This document shows, piece after piece, positions 51,355-63,255 of a stretch of DNA of 64,000 nucleotides. Below the pieces are notes generated by a model that saw only the letters and a list, made by a program, of their open reading frames with translations, made no database searches and was not told the origin of the DNA. How positions within the stretch are numbered: position 1 is the stretch's first letter; the number at the start of each line of letters is the position of its first letter. This DNA is from Folioceros fuciformis (Eukaryota): NCBI GenBank assembly GCA_049999805.1, contig JBNGIO010006337.1, positions 117,457 to 181,456 of the forward strand. Direction: 5' to 3'. Position numbers and translations under genes: made by a program.

Positions 51355-52152
51355 TCACATGTTGGCCTTGCGTCTACTCCAAAACGTCAGGATTTCACGA
51401 CCCATGCGATACTCAACGCTGAGGTGATTTTCCTCGCTGAACACTGGCCTGAACCCCAGAGGAAGCAGAACCTGCTCGTAGGCTTCCACGGACACCGCGA
51501 ACGGAGGGCCACCAGCGTACTTCGCTATAGGGTACATGAGAGTGACCAGGAGGCCGTCCGGCGCAAGCAGCTCAAAAAAAAAAAAAAAAAAAAAAAAAAA
51601 CTTCGAAGGCTCCATGGCACAGAAGAAGGTGTAGTCAAATATGAGATCAAAGGGAGCTGCGGGAGCATATGTGAAGAAGTCGTGCACAATAAACTCCGCA
51701 AACTCAGAGTTGTCGACACCGGCAGAAAGGGCTTTGGCAATGCCTACAGCCTTGTCTGAAATATCCAGGCCGACGACGTGCCTTGCCGGCCCGGCCAGGG
51801 CAATGACATCGTGCCCGGCTCCGCACCCGGGGACCAGGGCTCGGCCTTCCGGCAGCTTCCCGTCCCGCACCAGGCTTGCCAACACCGGAGTCACCTTTCC
51901 CAGATCCCACGGCACCACCTTCTCCTCCCACAGCTTATCCCACGCTTGCATAGGCTGTCCGTCCAGCATTGTTCGCACCCGTTCTACGAGCTTCTTGGTC
52001 TCTGACGGGCTCCTGCTGCTCCCACCGGCCGCAGTCGTCATCGTGTACGTCCATAGCTTGCTGCCGCCGGGAATCACCTTCCTCCGACCGAGCTGGCCAC
52101 CGGACAGCGTGCACGTCCGGAACGTCCTGCACAGGCAGGTGGCCTTCAGCAT
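51355..52152 (-). CDS. HOL: SAM-dependent thiol/halide methyltransferase (HOL family), intronless, with an anomalous internal T27 tract
   Basis: AWDKLWEEKVVPWDLG, GRALVPGCGAGHDV, VVGLDIS, FDLIFDYTFFCAMEP, LLAPDGLLVTLMYPI, GGPPFAVS. ATG at 52152 follows a telo-box-like AAACCCTAG; alternative ATG at ~52041. Confidence 0.9.
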   Translation of the reverse strand: MLKATCLCRTFRTCTLSGGQLGRRKVIPGGSKLWTYTMTTAAGGSSRSPSETKKLVERVRTMLDGQPMQAWDKLWEEKVVPWDLGKVTPVLASLVRDGKLPEGRALVPGCGAGHDVIALAGPARHVVGLDISDKAVGIAKALSAGVDNSEFAEFIVHDFFTYAPAAPFDLIFDYTFFCAMEPSKFFFFFFFFFELLAPDGLLVTLMYPIAKYAGGPPFAVSVEAYEQVLLPLGFRPVFSEENHLSVEYRMGREILTFWSRRKANM

Positions 52153-52830
52153 GGCTAGGGTTTGAATCAGGTGTGAGGTCCAGCTTGCGTCCAACGTTTC
52201 GAGCACGAATCGGGATAATTTTTGGTGGACCAGTTTCTGCGGGGGTGGGAGTAAAAGTTTGTTGAGGCGTTTCGATGAGTGGAGTTTAGAGGGGGATGTA
52301 GCAAAGCAGCGAAGGACGGAACCTTGAATGCGGTGTAGTGCGTACTGCATTCACAACGTTCTTGCTGTGGAGAATTCATCCCGACGAGGCAGGACTATTG
52401 CAGGGGAGTTGGTGGATGTGTCACATGTTCACTAAACAGCCTGGCTGACATCAAAGCGAGTGCGAACACGAAGCGAATGAGTCCCAATAGCAGCACGGCA
52501 AGCGCATTCAATGCAGTTGTTGCTTCCTTGAATCATCGTACGTACGTCCCGCCCCGGCGTCCAGTCTGGCCGCCTCTGATGCAGGCTGTAGCATTGAATG
52601 ATGCGGCCGGGAGTGGCTGATTCTTTCAGTTCGAGGCAGGTGCAACAAAAACAGTCTCAGGAGTCCGACTACCGCTACAGCTGTATGAGTGCAGGTCGTT
52701 GCAGAGAGCCATCTGCCTCTGCGATGCCGGAAACTTCTGGCACCCCGCTGGTGTTAGGATCCGCTCCGCATCACACTGCCGGCGTCTCGGTCTACTCCCG
52801 AGTGAAGAAGTTGCTGAGGTCGAGGAAGGA

Positions 52831-54122
<1,292 letters not shown>

Positions 54123-55258
54123 TTTATGTGACTCCAACATTGCCAATAGTTTGCCACCACCTGGTTTGCTTCTGGTAATACCAAAGCCATCAATTCACGA
54201 CTCTAGAGCACGGAGTCTTCTCGCGCGTTTGGTGTCCCTGCAGTTTATAGGTCCTTCCATGCAAAAAATGTTTCTTCGTCGGCCAGACAGACCTGCCGTG
54301 TATTCCACGCTTCCAAGAAAGATTCACAGTTTCTTCGTCGAGATCCACATTTTGTTAACCCCGTGCCCATTCAATCTGCCCATGGCCAGGTAAGAGTTGG
54401 AATTGCTTGGTGCAGATGGATGAAGCATACGCAAACAGTAACATTAGATGTTCGACCAAGTAGGTAGTCCAGCCTGCAGTGACTGGAGGAGGGCCGGCTA
54501 ACCTGTGCTTGGATATGGGTGATGGCCTCAGTGCAGATGTGGAGTGCACATGTACACCGGGCACCAACTGTCCGCCAATGTTCCTCTTGCTAGCTGCCTC
54601 TCAAAGGCCCGTGCATTTCCTGGTACCTTACCAAAACTCGTAGGATGTAGCGAGGTTAACACGGTGATATGACAGTCTCGTTTTCGTCCCTGCGGCATCA
54701 TTTGACAGTCTTGCCAGCCAGGTCCAACATCTGGCGTCTCCATGCCTCCTCGTGGGCAAATGTGGTTGCAGATGTAGGCAGGGTGGACAGCAGTAGAGAG
54801 GATTGCAAGGCTCAGGAGGTTAACGAATCGACTTTGCTCGAAAGCCCGGGTCAGTATCAAGATTAGGAGGAAAATGAAGATGAACATCGCTTCTCTAAAA
54901 CGATGAAAGAAAATGAGGGTTAAGCACGATTGCTACGATTCTGGAGACACCATGACACGTACTCGGACTCCGAGCGCGCGGCTTCATGATCTTGCGTCAT
55001 CTCTTGGGGCGCGTCATCATAGCCACGCAAGATCATGATGCAGACCATGGCACTCCATACAGGTTGTGCGCAGAACAAGTTGAACTGATTTTGATGATCA
55101 TGGTCACATACATCAGCTGGGAGCGTTCTTCTCACGAAACCTCCTGACTTCAAAACCACGATGGAGAGGAGTGTCCGGCTGATCATTTTGCGGCACCGGT
55201 GTTCATATCCTCATCTCAATGAGCTCTTTGTGGAGGGTCGGGCAAGAAAAATGTTAAA

Positions 55259-58009
55259 TCACTCATGGTAGTATTCATAAACTTTGAAGTCACTGTACAG
55301 CAACACTCCTCCTTCGGAATAGTGCAGAACGTAGTAACAATTATCACAGAAGAAGCACGGACTTGATGGCGCGCGCATATCCTCATAGGTGACTTTCTTG
55401 GCGCGATAGATGCTGCAGATAGAACACTTCCTGTACCTTAGCTTCGGTATAAATTTTAGGACTGGATACGACAAGGCGTTCTGCACGTCGTCTTGATGGA
55501 TTAACCGCAAATCTCGAAATATGACTGTGTGCTTGCAATCTCCCTGTGGAATCACAGTCAAGATGATACATACTTGCACCATGACAAGATGAGCATTGCT
55601 TTGGCTCTACACAGCGTGACACCAACTTTTCACTGGTCCAAGTAAGGAAGGAGGGGAGGAAACCAACCTGATGACAGAACAAATAAGGTGCTCCTATTCT
55701 GATTTTTAGGTCCAGGAAGACTGTCTCCGCCATCATTGCGGTGCTCAAGGTCGGAAGCTTGGGAAGGCGTCGTCGTCGACAGCGGACGGCAAATCCATGC
55801 TCATCGAAAGTCTTGTCAGGACGTCTCTTACATGGATTCGCAAGGGCTTCTTTTTGTCCGTCAATCCATCGTAGGTACGGCACACTGTAGTCAATGGCAT
55901 TGGGGTCGCGCATGTCATTGTAGAACACGTCCTGTTTGAAGAATGCTGTGAGACTGACCATCATGCAAGGAGATCGCTTCTAAGGTACAGCTAGTTTGCA
56001 GCAAACAGATTGACGTTACCTCAATGAGAAAATACCCAGAGGGCATGTACATCCCTGCCTTCTTTGCCACGTCGTTGGTTAGACAGTAGATCTTGTCGCG
56101 GAGTGCAGTGAGGGTTTGACTGCCAAGCACCAGAAATTCTTGAGTCTGCAAACAGTGGGTCACATAACCAAATGAGCACCAGCTCCGGGAAAGCCATGGC
56201 TGATGCCAAACACTTCACTGTTAAGAGGCAGGAGCAACCACTGCTGATTTTCATACTTTTATGTGCCGCTTCAACCCATGATAGATCTCCAGATGTAGGA
56301 CAACCTCTGATGGTCCAACTTGAAGAAACTGGTCCCAAGTATCCTCATTTTCCATCTGCACCACACAGAAAGACAAATGGTCAACGAGATTACATAATCA
56401 CAGTTACGCATGGGAAAATACCAAGCTTAGTACAGACGAATCGTAGTATCTGCATGTGTAGAGATGTTTAAAGTGAGTCACACTTGTTATAAATGCCAGC
56501 CAACCTGCAGAGAAGACGTAAAAAACCCCGTCAGAAGCTTAGTTGTAACATTCTCCCTGGAATCACGCTCATTCTTGACCCTGTCCAACCCACCACGCAT
56601 TTATTTATCAACAACAGTTAACTGGCCAGCACCTCACGACCGCGGATATCAAAACTTCAAATGCAGCTCAGCTTCTCAGGCTCAGCATGTGCAGCAGCCA
56701 CATCCTCGGAGCTGACATAACGTTGCAGAACTAGATTTGACAAGCCGAAGTACGCCTTACAGCAGCATATTCAGGCTGCAGCTGTCTCGGGCACTCTCCC
56801 TCTCCTGCTTCAGTCTTGCTAGTGCTTCTGTTCTCCTGTCATCACCATTCTGCCCATACACAGCAAATTCGGTCCAAAACATCAGGCAATCACCCGATCC
56901 AACCCAGCCATCTGATCCATCAATTTACGCATAGTTTAGTCATATAACTGTAGTTATGCTTCGGATAGATCTATCATAAGGTCTCCCACGTTTCTTGCCT
57001 CCTTGTTTTTCTTTCCTTTTCTGGCGTTCACTTTCACCTCCAGTTCCCTCACTTGAGCCAGCACCTCCGGTCCCTTCAACCTCTGGGACCATGGACGATG
57101 GTGGACCAGGAATATCAAGTCCTTCTGTAATGTACTCGCTCTTCCTAGGTCCTGTACCCGTACTTCCAACATCTGGACCAGCTTCAACAAAACTGTATCA
57201 ACAGCATTAGGACACAACGTGCACATCACGTCAAAAAGCATCACAAGACCATGGAGAGATGTTCTGTTAAACAACAGCATACGATCCCGCACAACAAGTA
57301 CCTCTGCGGTGCTTTTCCTTCCAGACTCTGATCAAACAATTCTGCATCTGCGTCGTCCAGCTGAGGAGACTCCACCAGAGCAACTCTCCCCTGCAGAGCT
57401 AATGAGATCGTTTGCAAGATATCTCGTGTCCACCCTACCAACAACTAACCTCCTCAAGATCACCGGATTTTAAAAGCCATCTTACCTCAAGTACCTCGGC
57501 AAGAGCCTTGTCAACCAATTCAGCATCAGTCACGATCTTAAGGTCGTCAACTCTGAGCATTAGAAACCATCTTTATCAAATGCTCCAATTCTGACAACCC
57601 AGAGCTTGATCACAAGGCGCTCATCATGCCAAAATACAGTACAAGCCACAACCCTATTCTACTTCATCAGAAAACAGGTGCGAGCAGACAAGTTTCTGTC
57701 CAAAGCAGTGAACCGGTACCTGGTATCGTCGTCAAGGATAGTTTGTGTCAAGCTATCATCTAACTCTGACTCCAACACCTGTACGTCCCAGATTTCAGTC
57801 ATTCTGGTGTTCCAGAACATGAAGACGGTGCGACAACCTTGTGAGCTCCTCACCGAAAGTAAAGTGATGCACGAGCGCTGAAAGTTTCGTACAGATATCA
57901 CCCCCGTTCCTAATGCCGGCATCAAGAGAGGCCCTCCCCGGGCACCGCATCCAGATTCAAACTCACCAACCGCACCATCTCTGTCCTCCAGAGGCGATGA
58001 CCCTACCAT
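55259..58009 (-). CDS. SRD2: snRNA-activating protein complex subunit (SNAP50/SNAPC3, SRD2-like), multi-exon; start approximate
   Basis: [84 protein letters not shown] zinc-finger region. Confidence 0.88.
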
Positions 58010-58639
58010 TTTGTCTTGCGGTCCGCCCTCCGAGTCCAACTGTCAAGCATATGCACACCTCATTCCGGAGCTCCCTGGTATCGGTTTGTTTGAATCGTTT
58101 AGCGGCGATTTAACTCTGGAAAGTCCATCCACTGAAGCAAAGGAACAGCTTTCACCACTGGTGGCTAAATTATATCTGTATCTTTCACGATCTCGTGGCT
58201 GTTGCTCGGTAATTGGAGCAACGACACGGGTCGTGTTTATATGCCATTTGAAGGAGACCTGAACTGGATGCAGCCAATTCATCCCTCCATGCTACAATCC
58301 CAACATTTTACAAGGATTTTTTTTCTGGTTTATCAAATTTGGATACAATTTTGTGGTGGAAGGTGTGTACAGGACACCGAAGAAAGCTGTCTTCCTTCTC
58401 ATGTTTAAGTTTGCATGCTATGTTTGTCTTATGTTAAAAGTCGCAAGTACATTCGCTCGCATAGATTCATTTGAGATGCAACTCATAGGGCTAACTATAC
58501 TTTATTGTAGGCCTTGCAGAGAAAATAAGGATTGTTTGCGAGACAAAGGGTGTTGGATTTCTTCTAATTTGTACAGAAATTTATGGTACATTGTCAACCT
58601 ATGAATTCATTGTCTTTATATGTTGGACAAGTTTCTCAG

Positions 58640-59125
58640 TTATAGAAGCAACACTAGGTTTGAAATGATTCATTGAGACTAACATAAGTTTCTAACATGA
58701 AAGTCATAAGGTATGAACTAGACTTGCATGAGAAACCTTAGTTACAAAAGCAATACTAGGTTTGAAATGATTCATGGAGATTGACCAAAGTTTCCAACAT
58801 GAATGTCATAAGGTATGAACTAGATTTGCATAAGAAGCCCTAGCTCATAGCCTCTAGCAAGCCTCTTAATCCATAGATTGTAAGTAGAGAAGAGTTGTTT
58901 GATGTCTTAATGTCAGCAATAAGAATATCTTATGAGCTTAGGAAGGAGTTTAGTAGGAACAGGCATGCATTTAGTTGACATAAGTCCGGTTTTGCAACAG
59001 CCTTGGTGACAATCCATGGTGCTCGACCTTGATGACAAGAACTTGGACAATCAATGGTGCTCAACCTTGATGACAAGATTTGGTGACAATCCATGGTGCT
59101 AGCCTAGGGCTTGATGACAAGAGCT
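58640..59125. repeat. ~100-bp duplication (58645-58845) and three ~35-40-bp GACAATCCATGGTGCTC..CTTGATGACAAGA units (59005-59125); probable TE remnant
   Basis: Direct repeats read in the sequence. Confidence 0.75.
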
Positions 59126-59664
59126 TGGATGGCCTCTTTGTTAATAAGTATGCTTGGCACATTCTTGGCTAGAGGAAGAGATGATCTTCCATTGTACTTT
59201 TTTAACGTTATAAGTGTACTTCAAAGCTTTGTTGGCTTGAGGTAGTATGGCATCTATTTGACTCCTATAAATCTCTATCAATGTCTTCTAACAAGGTAGG
59301 GTGATCCTATTAGTGAAGTTTGAATAAGTTTTTATTTGTACAGAATCGTGGACAAGGGTGCGGGTTGTTTAAGAGGTACGAACATGTGTTATGAGATTTG
59401 CCAATGTGCATACATTTCAATTAGACATACTGCAGGTTTCCAAACTCGAAGAACGTGAACGCCTTGGGTAGATGTGCGCCCCTGTCGCAGTTCGCGTCTG
59501 AAGTTGGAATTTGCTTTGGCTGGTCATGGTCCTCGACTGGAGACGAGCTGATTACCGAGGGCCTGCTTGACAAGTTGCTGCTGAGGTCTTACTGCCGGCA
59601 ATTGGAAACGCGAGATCAGCTTGAGTGGTCGCCAGAGCTTTGCCATCTCCGGTGACTCATCTCA

Positions 59665-60206
59665 ATGGGCCCGAGTGCAGAGGCCAGGTTTACTTGCCCC
59701 AGAGAGGTGAGGGAATCATGGCAGCAGGGGCGGCTCAAGCAGGCTGCTGAGGGCTTGGGAGTTCTGCTGCAGAGGGACCGCCCAATCTTTGCTTATTGAT
59801 GTGCTGAAAATATGTGGTGAAGAGAGACCTGGTTCTAGGTCGTGGTGATAGCATGGATGTGTGGGCCGTGGTCGTACGTAATCTCTGCACATGTTAACCA
59901 CGGGCAGGCTGAGACGGGCGTGGAACTGTTATCACCCGATGCGCAGGTCAAGTGTGAAGCGAGATGGGGATGTATTCGTGACAGCCCTGCAGGCTTGTGG
60001 AAGAGGAGCGGACTTGAAAACTGGGCAGCAGGACTATGCTGCCGTGTTGGCCAAGGAAGTTGGGCCGCAGCTGTTTGTTTGTGATTCCTTGTTGGACAGG
60101 AATGGAAGGTGTAACAGCTTGGATAAAGCTCCAAGAGTGTGGGATGGACATGGTCACAAGGCTGTGGCGAGGTGGAACACCTTGATAACGGGTTACTTTC
60201 AGCAGG
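59665..60206 (+). pseudogene. Frameshifted remnant of a PLS-class PPR gene overlapping the 5' end of the P-class PPR ORF
   Basis: Fragments in different frames: VRESWQQGRLKQAAEGL, LIDVLKICGEE(R)DLVLGR, WSYVISAHVNHGQAETGVEL, VFVTALQACG..DLKTGQQ, LFVCDSLLD..GRC.SLDKA.RVWD and VARWNTLITGYFQQG. Confidence 0.7.
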
Positions 60207-62368
60207 GTACCGCGTCCTTGCCACAGAGGCTCTCTGGTCGCAGAGTTTTGCACGGTGTCTTTTCTCTTGTCAGGGAGTTTGCGTCCCATGCAAGACGAGA
60301 AAGGAGGCGACTGCAATTCCAGAAGGGTTATAAGGCCGAGAGTCCACATTGTCTTGGTAATAAAACGAAGACGGTAGGTTTGGGGGCTGGGCAGGATCAC
60401 ATTGATCCGTCGAAGACCATTTCACCTTGGTCAGCTGATGTGAAAATTGAAACTCTTGTCCACATTGTGACTCGAGACAAAGACTGGGGGCCACTTACAG
60501 AACGATCACTGCAGCAGTTACATATGCGTCTTAAGCCTTATCATGTTCGCGAGGTAGTCAAACAGGTGGAAAGCTTAGATTTGGCTTGGAACTTTTTCAA
60601 GTGGGCTGGCGGTCAACCGGAGTATGAACATGACAGTTACACGAAGAATGCAATGGTGAAGAGACTTGGAGAAGCCTGTCGATTTGACGAGCTGATGGTT
60701 GTCTTGGAGACTGTTGAAGGAAAGTGCCAGGAGAAGGATGTGTTTGCCTTCACTACAGCGATGCAATGTCTTGGCAAAGCCAAGAAGCCTGACGCTGCCG
60801 TAGATCTTTTCAAGAGAATGAAACAGCTTGGCTGCCAGCCCGACGGTGTCACGTACAACTGTCTGATCGCCATACTGGTGAAGGGTGGGCGCATCATGGA
60901 TGCACACAGCTGTTATAAGGAGATGCTCACTTCAGGCTATCAGCCTGATGGATACACGTACAGCAGTCTCATCACAAGTTTTGGCAAGTTAGGACAGGTG
61001 GACGAGGCTGTTAAGCTCTTTAAAGAGATGAAGAACCAGGGAGTAGCTCCCAATGTAGTGACTTACTCGTCCATGATGAAAGCCCATTTTGTGGCATGTC
61101 AATACGAAGATGCTTTCAAAATGTTTGAGCTCATGAAGCAGGAGGGTCTTGTGCCGGACGTGGTGGTGTACAATACCCTCATCTCTGGCCTCAGCAAAGA
61201 TGGAAAAGTCGACAGTGCGCTGAAGCTATTTGAGGACATGATGAAGAGTAAGGCTGCGAACCCTGACAGTGCCACTTTCTGCTCGATACTGGATGGGCTT
61301 GCGAAGGTGGGCTACGTGGACGACGCGGTTCGAATATTCAAGGAAATGAAGATTCGACTTCTTCCAGACGTGAAATGCTACAATGCGGTAATGGACGGGC
61401 ACAGACGGACAGGAAGGGTGGAGGATGTCATGTTGTTGTACCGGGAAATGAGACAGGAGCAGGTGGTGGCTGACTTGATCACCTTCAACACTGTCATCGA
61501 CGCCCTGAGCAGGGCGGGCAAGGTGGACGAAGCGTACGTCATGTTCGAGCAGCTCCAACAGGAAGGTTTCACTCCCGACATATTCACATATTCGTCTCTC
61601 ATCGACGCTCTTGCAAAGGCCAGCAAAGTGAGTGAAGCCATGAGTTTTTTCCTCGTTATGAAAGGGAGGGGAGTGGAACCCACCGTGGCCTTGTACCAGG
61701 TGCTGATCGGAGCCCTAGCCAGGTCGGGCCAGGTTACAGAGGCAGTGAAGCTGGCAGACGAGGTGGTGGAAAAAGGATGGGTTTTGGGGGTCATCACTTT
61801 CAACATCTTGATCGACGTGCTGGGCAAGTCGGGGGAAACGGGCAAGGCCTACCATCTGTTCCTGGACATGAAACTGCTGGGCGCAGAGCCCGACGAGTTC
61901 ACTTACAGCAGCCTGCTCTCCTCCCTGTCCAAGGCCGGCAAAAGCGCCGAGGCGCGCAAGTTATTCGAAGAGGCCAAAGTGCGAGGGTTCGCAGACGCGG
62001 GGTTCCACATCCTCATGATTCAGGGCTTCTGTAAAGAGGAACGGTGGCAAGACGCGCTGCAGCTGTACCAGGAGCTGCGGGATTCAGGGTTCATCCCTAG
62101 CGCTTCCCTGTTCTGCGGCCTGTTGACGGGGCTGCAGGACGCCGGGAAGATGGGCGAGGTGACGAGCATGATAGAGGACATGCGGCGGTGCTTGGTGAGC
62201 CCCAACGACGCCTTCTGCAACGCATTTCTCGCGGGCCTGGTGCGGGCAGGGCATGTACAGGAGGCCAGGAAGGTGCTGCGAGATATGGAAGCCAGGGCCA
62301 TGGTTCCGGACAGAGGCATGATGGGAACCATGGGTTTGCTGTTGGACGGTGACGCACCTCGTGAGTAG
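59891..62368 (+). CDS. P-class pentatricopeptide repeat protein (roughly 16 tandem 35-aa repeats); true start uncertain
   Basis: AWNFFKWAGGQPEYEHDSYT lead-in, then repeats such as PDGVTYNCLIAILVKGG, PDGYTYSSLITSFGKLG, PNVVTYSSMM and PDVVVYNTLISGLSKDG; no E/DYW domain. Confidence 0.93.
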   Translation: MLTTGRLRRAWNCYHPMRRSSVKRDGDVFVTALQACGRGADLKTGQQDYAAVLAKEVGPQLFVCDSLLDRNGRCNSLDKAPRVWDGHGHKAVARWNTLITGYFQQGTASLPQRLSGRRVLHGVFSLVREFASHARRERRRLQFQKGYKAESPHCLGNKTKTVGLGAGQDHIDPSKTISPWSADVKIETLVHIVTRDKDWGPLTERSLQQLHMRLKPYHVREVVKQVESLDLAWNFFKWAGGQPEYEHDSYTKNAMVKRLGEACRFDELMVVLETVEGKCQEKDVFAFTTAMQCLGKAKKPDAAVDLFKRMKQLGCQPDGVTYNCLIAILVKGGRIMDAHSCYKEMLTSGYQPDGYTYSSLITSFGKLGQVDEAVKLFKEMKNQGVAPNVVTYSSMMKAHFVACQYEDAFKMFELMKQEGLVPDVVVYNTLISGLSKDGKVDSALKLFEDMMKSKAANPDSATFCSILDGLAKVGYVDDAVRIFKEMKIRLLPDVKCYNAVMDGHRRTGRVEDVMLLYREMRQEQVVADLITFNTVIDALSRAGKVDEAYVMFEQLQQEGFTPDIFTYSSLIDALAKASKVSEAMSFFLVMKGRGVEPTVALYQVLIGALARSGQVTEAVKLADEVVEKGWVLGVITFNILIDVLGKSGETGKAYHLFLDMKLLGAEPDEFTYSSLLSSLSKAGKSAEARKLFEEAKVRGFADAGFHILMIQGFCKEERWQDALQLYQELRDSGFIPSASLFCGLLTGLQDAGKMGEVTSMIEDMRRCLVSPNDAFCNAFLAGLVRAGHVQEARKVLRDMEARAMVPDRGMMGTMGLLLDGDAPRE

Positions 62369-63255
62369 CGTGCGGAGCAGACTGGGGACACGGGCCTCCG
62401 CTGATTCGATTCCCAGGCCCGCTGTCCACTGGCCGGGCCGGCCCTTGTCCGACGAGCCGCCCGGAAGCTTCGCGGTATTACTGGGTTGAGGAAATAGCGG
62501 GTGAAAGGCCGCCGGCGCCTTGGTCCCGTGATGGCACGAGCGAATTGCCGTGCTCCTTGTCATGCACGTGGTGGCATTGCGTGCGAAGCCCGGCGCTGCA
62601 TCGGATTTCCGTTGCCCGCTGCCAATGGCTGGCGGGGAATTGCCGCACATGGGCGGGCGATGGGTCTCAGGCCCAGGATGTGCCAAAGAGAGGTGGAGGA
62701 ATGCGCCAGTGCTGGGTTCCACGTGTAACAAGAGACGAGACCAATTTGGTAATGGTGAGTCAGGAAACGCGGCCATCCCTTGCTCCTTCCAAGCTCCCGT
62801 ACCTATCAGATATTGTTGGAGAGTGTGGGGGTCACACAGGCAGGGCAGGCCCCACACGCATTGCTTTTTGGTCTTTTGGGCTAGGATGTTCTCTGACGAT
62901 GAGAACAGGCGTTTTGGCTCCTGCGGAATAGAAATATTCATAAGCTAATGGACTAGGCGCTGCACACGAGAATGGCATGGACTTATCGCGACGAAGAGAT
63001 ACTCCCGCAAGGGCACGTCGTCTCTGAATTACATACCATGGGGACATATGGCAGCCATGAGAACGGGTACCACAACAAAGAATCAGGATTTTGTGTTGGA
63101 CTGCACATGCTAGGTCAGCTGCCAAAATTCAAGATTCCAAAGACTTCTCTAAGACAGAGATTTGACCAGGAATTCCGACCCACAACCGTACCTCCCATGG
63201 CAGGAAGGCGAGCTACAATGACGCGGCCGAAGTTCGGTTTCTCGACACGGGATTG

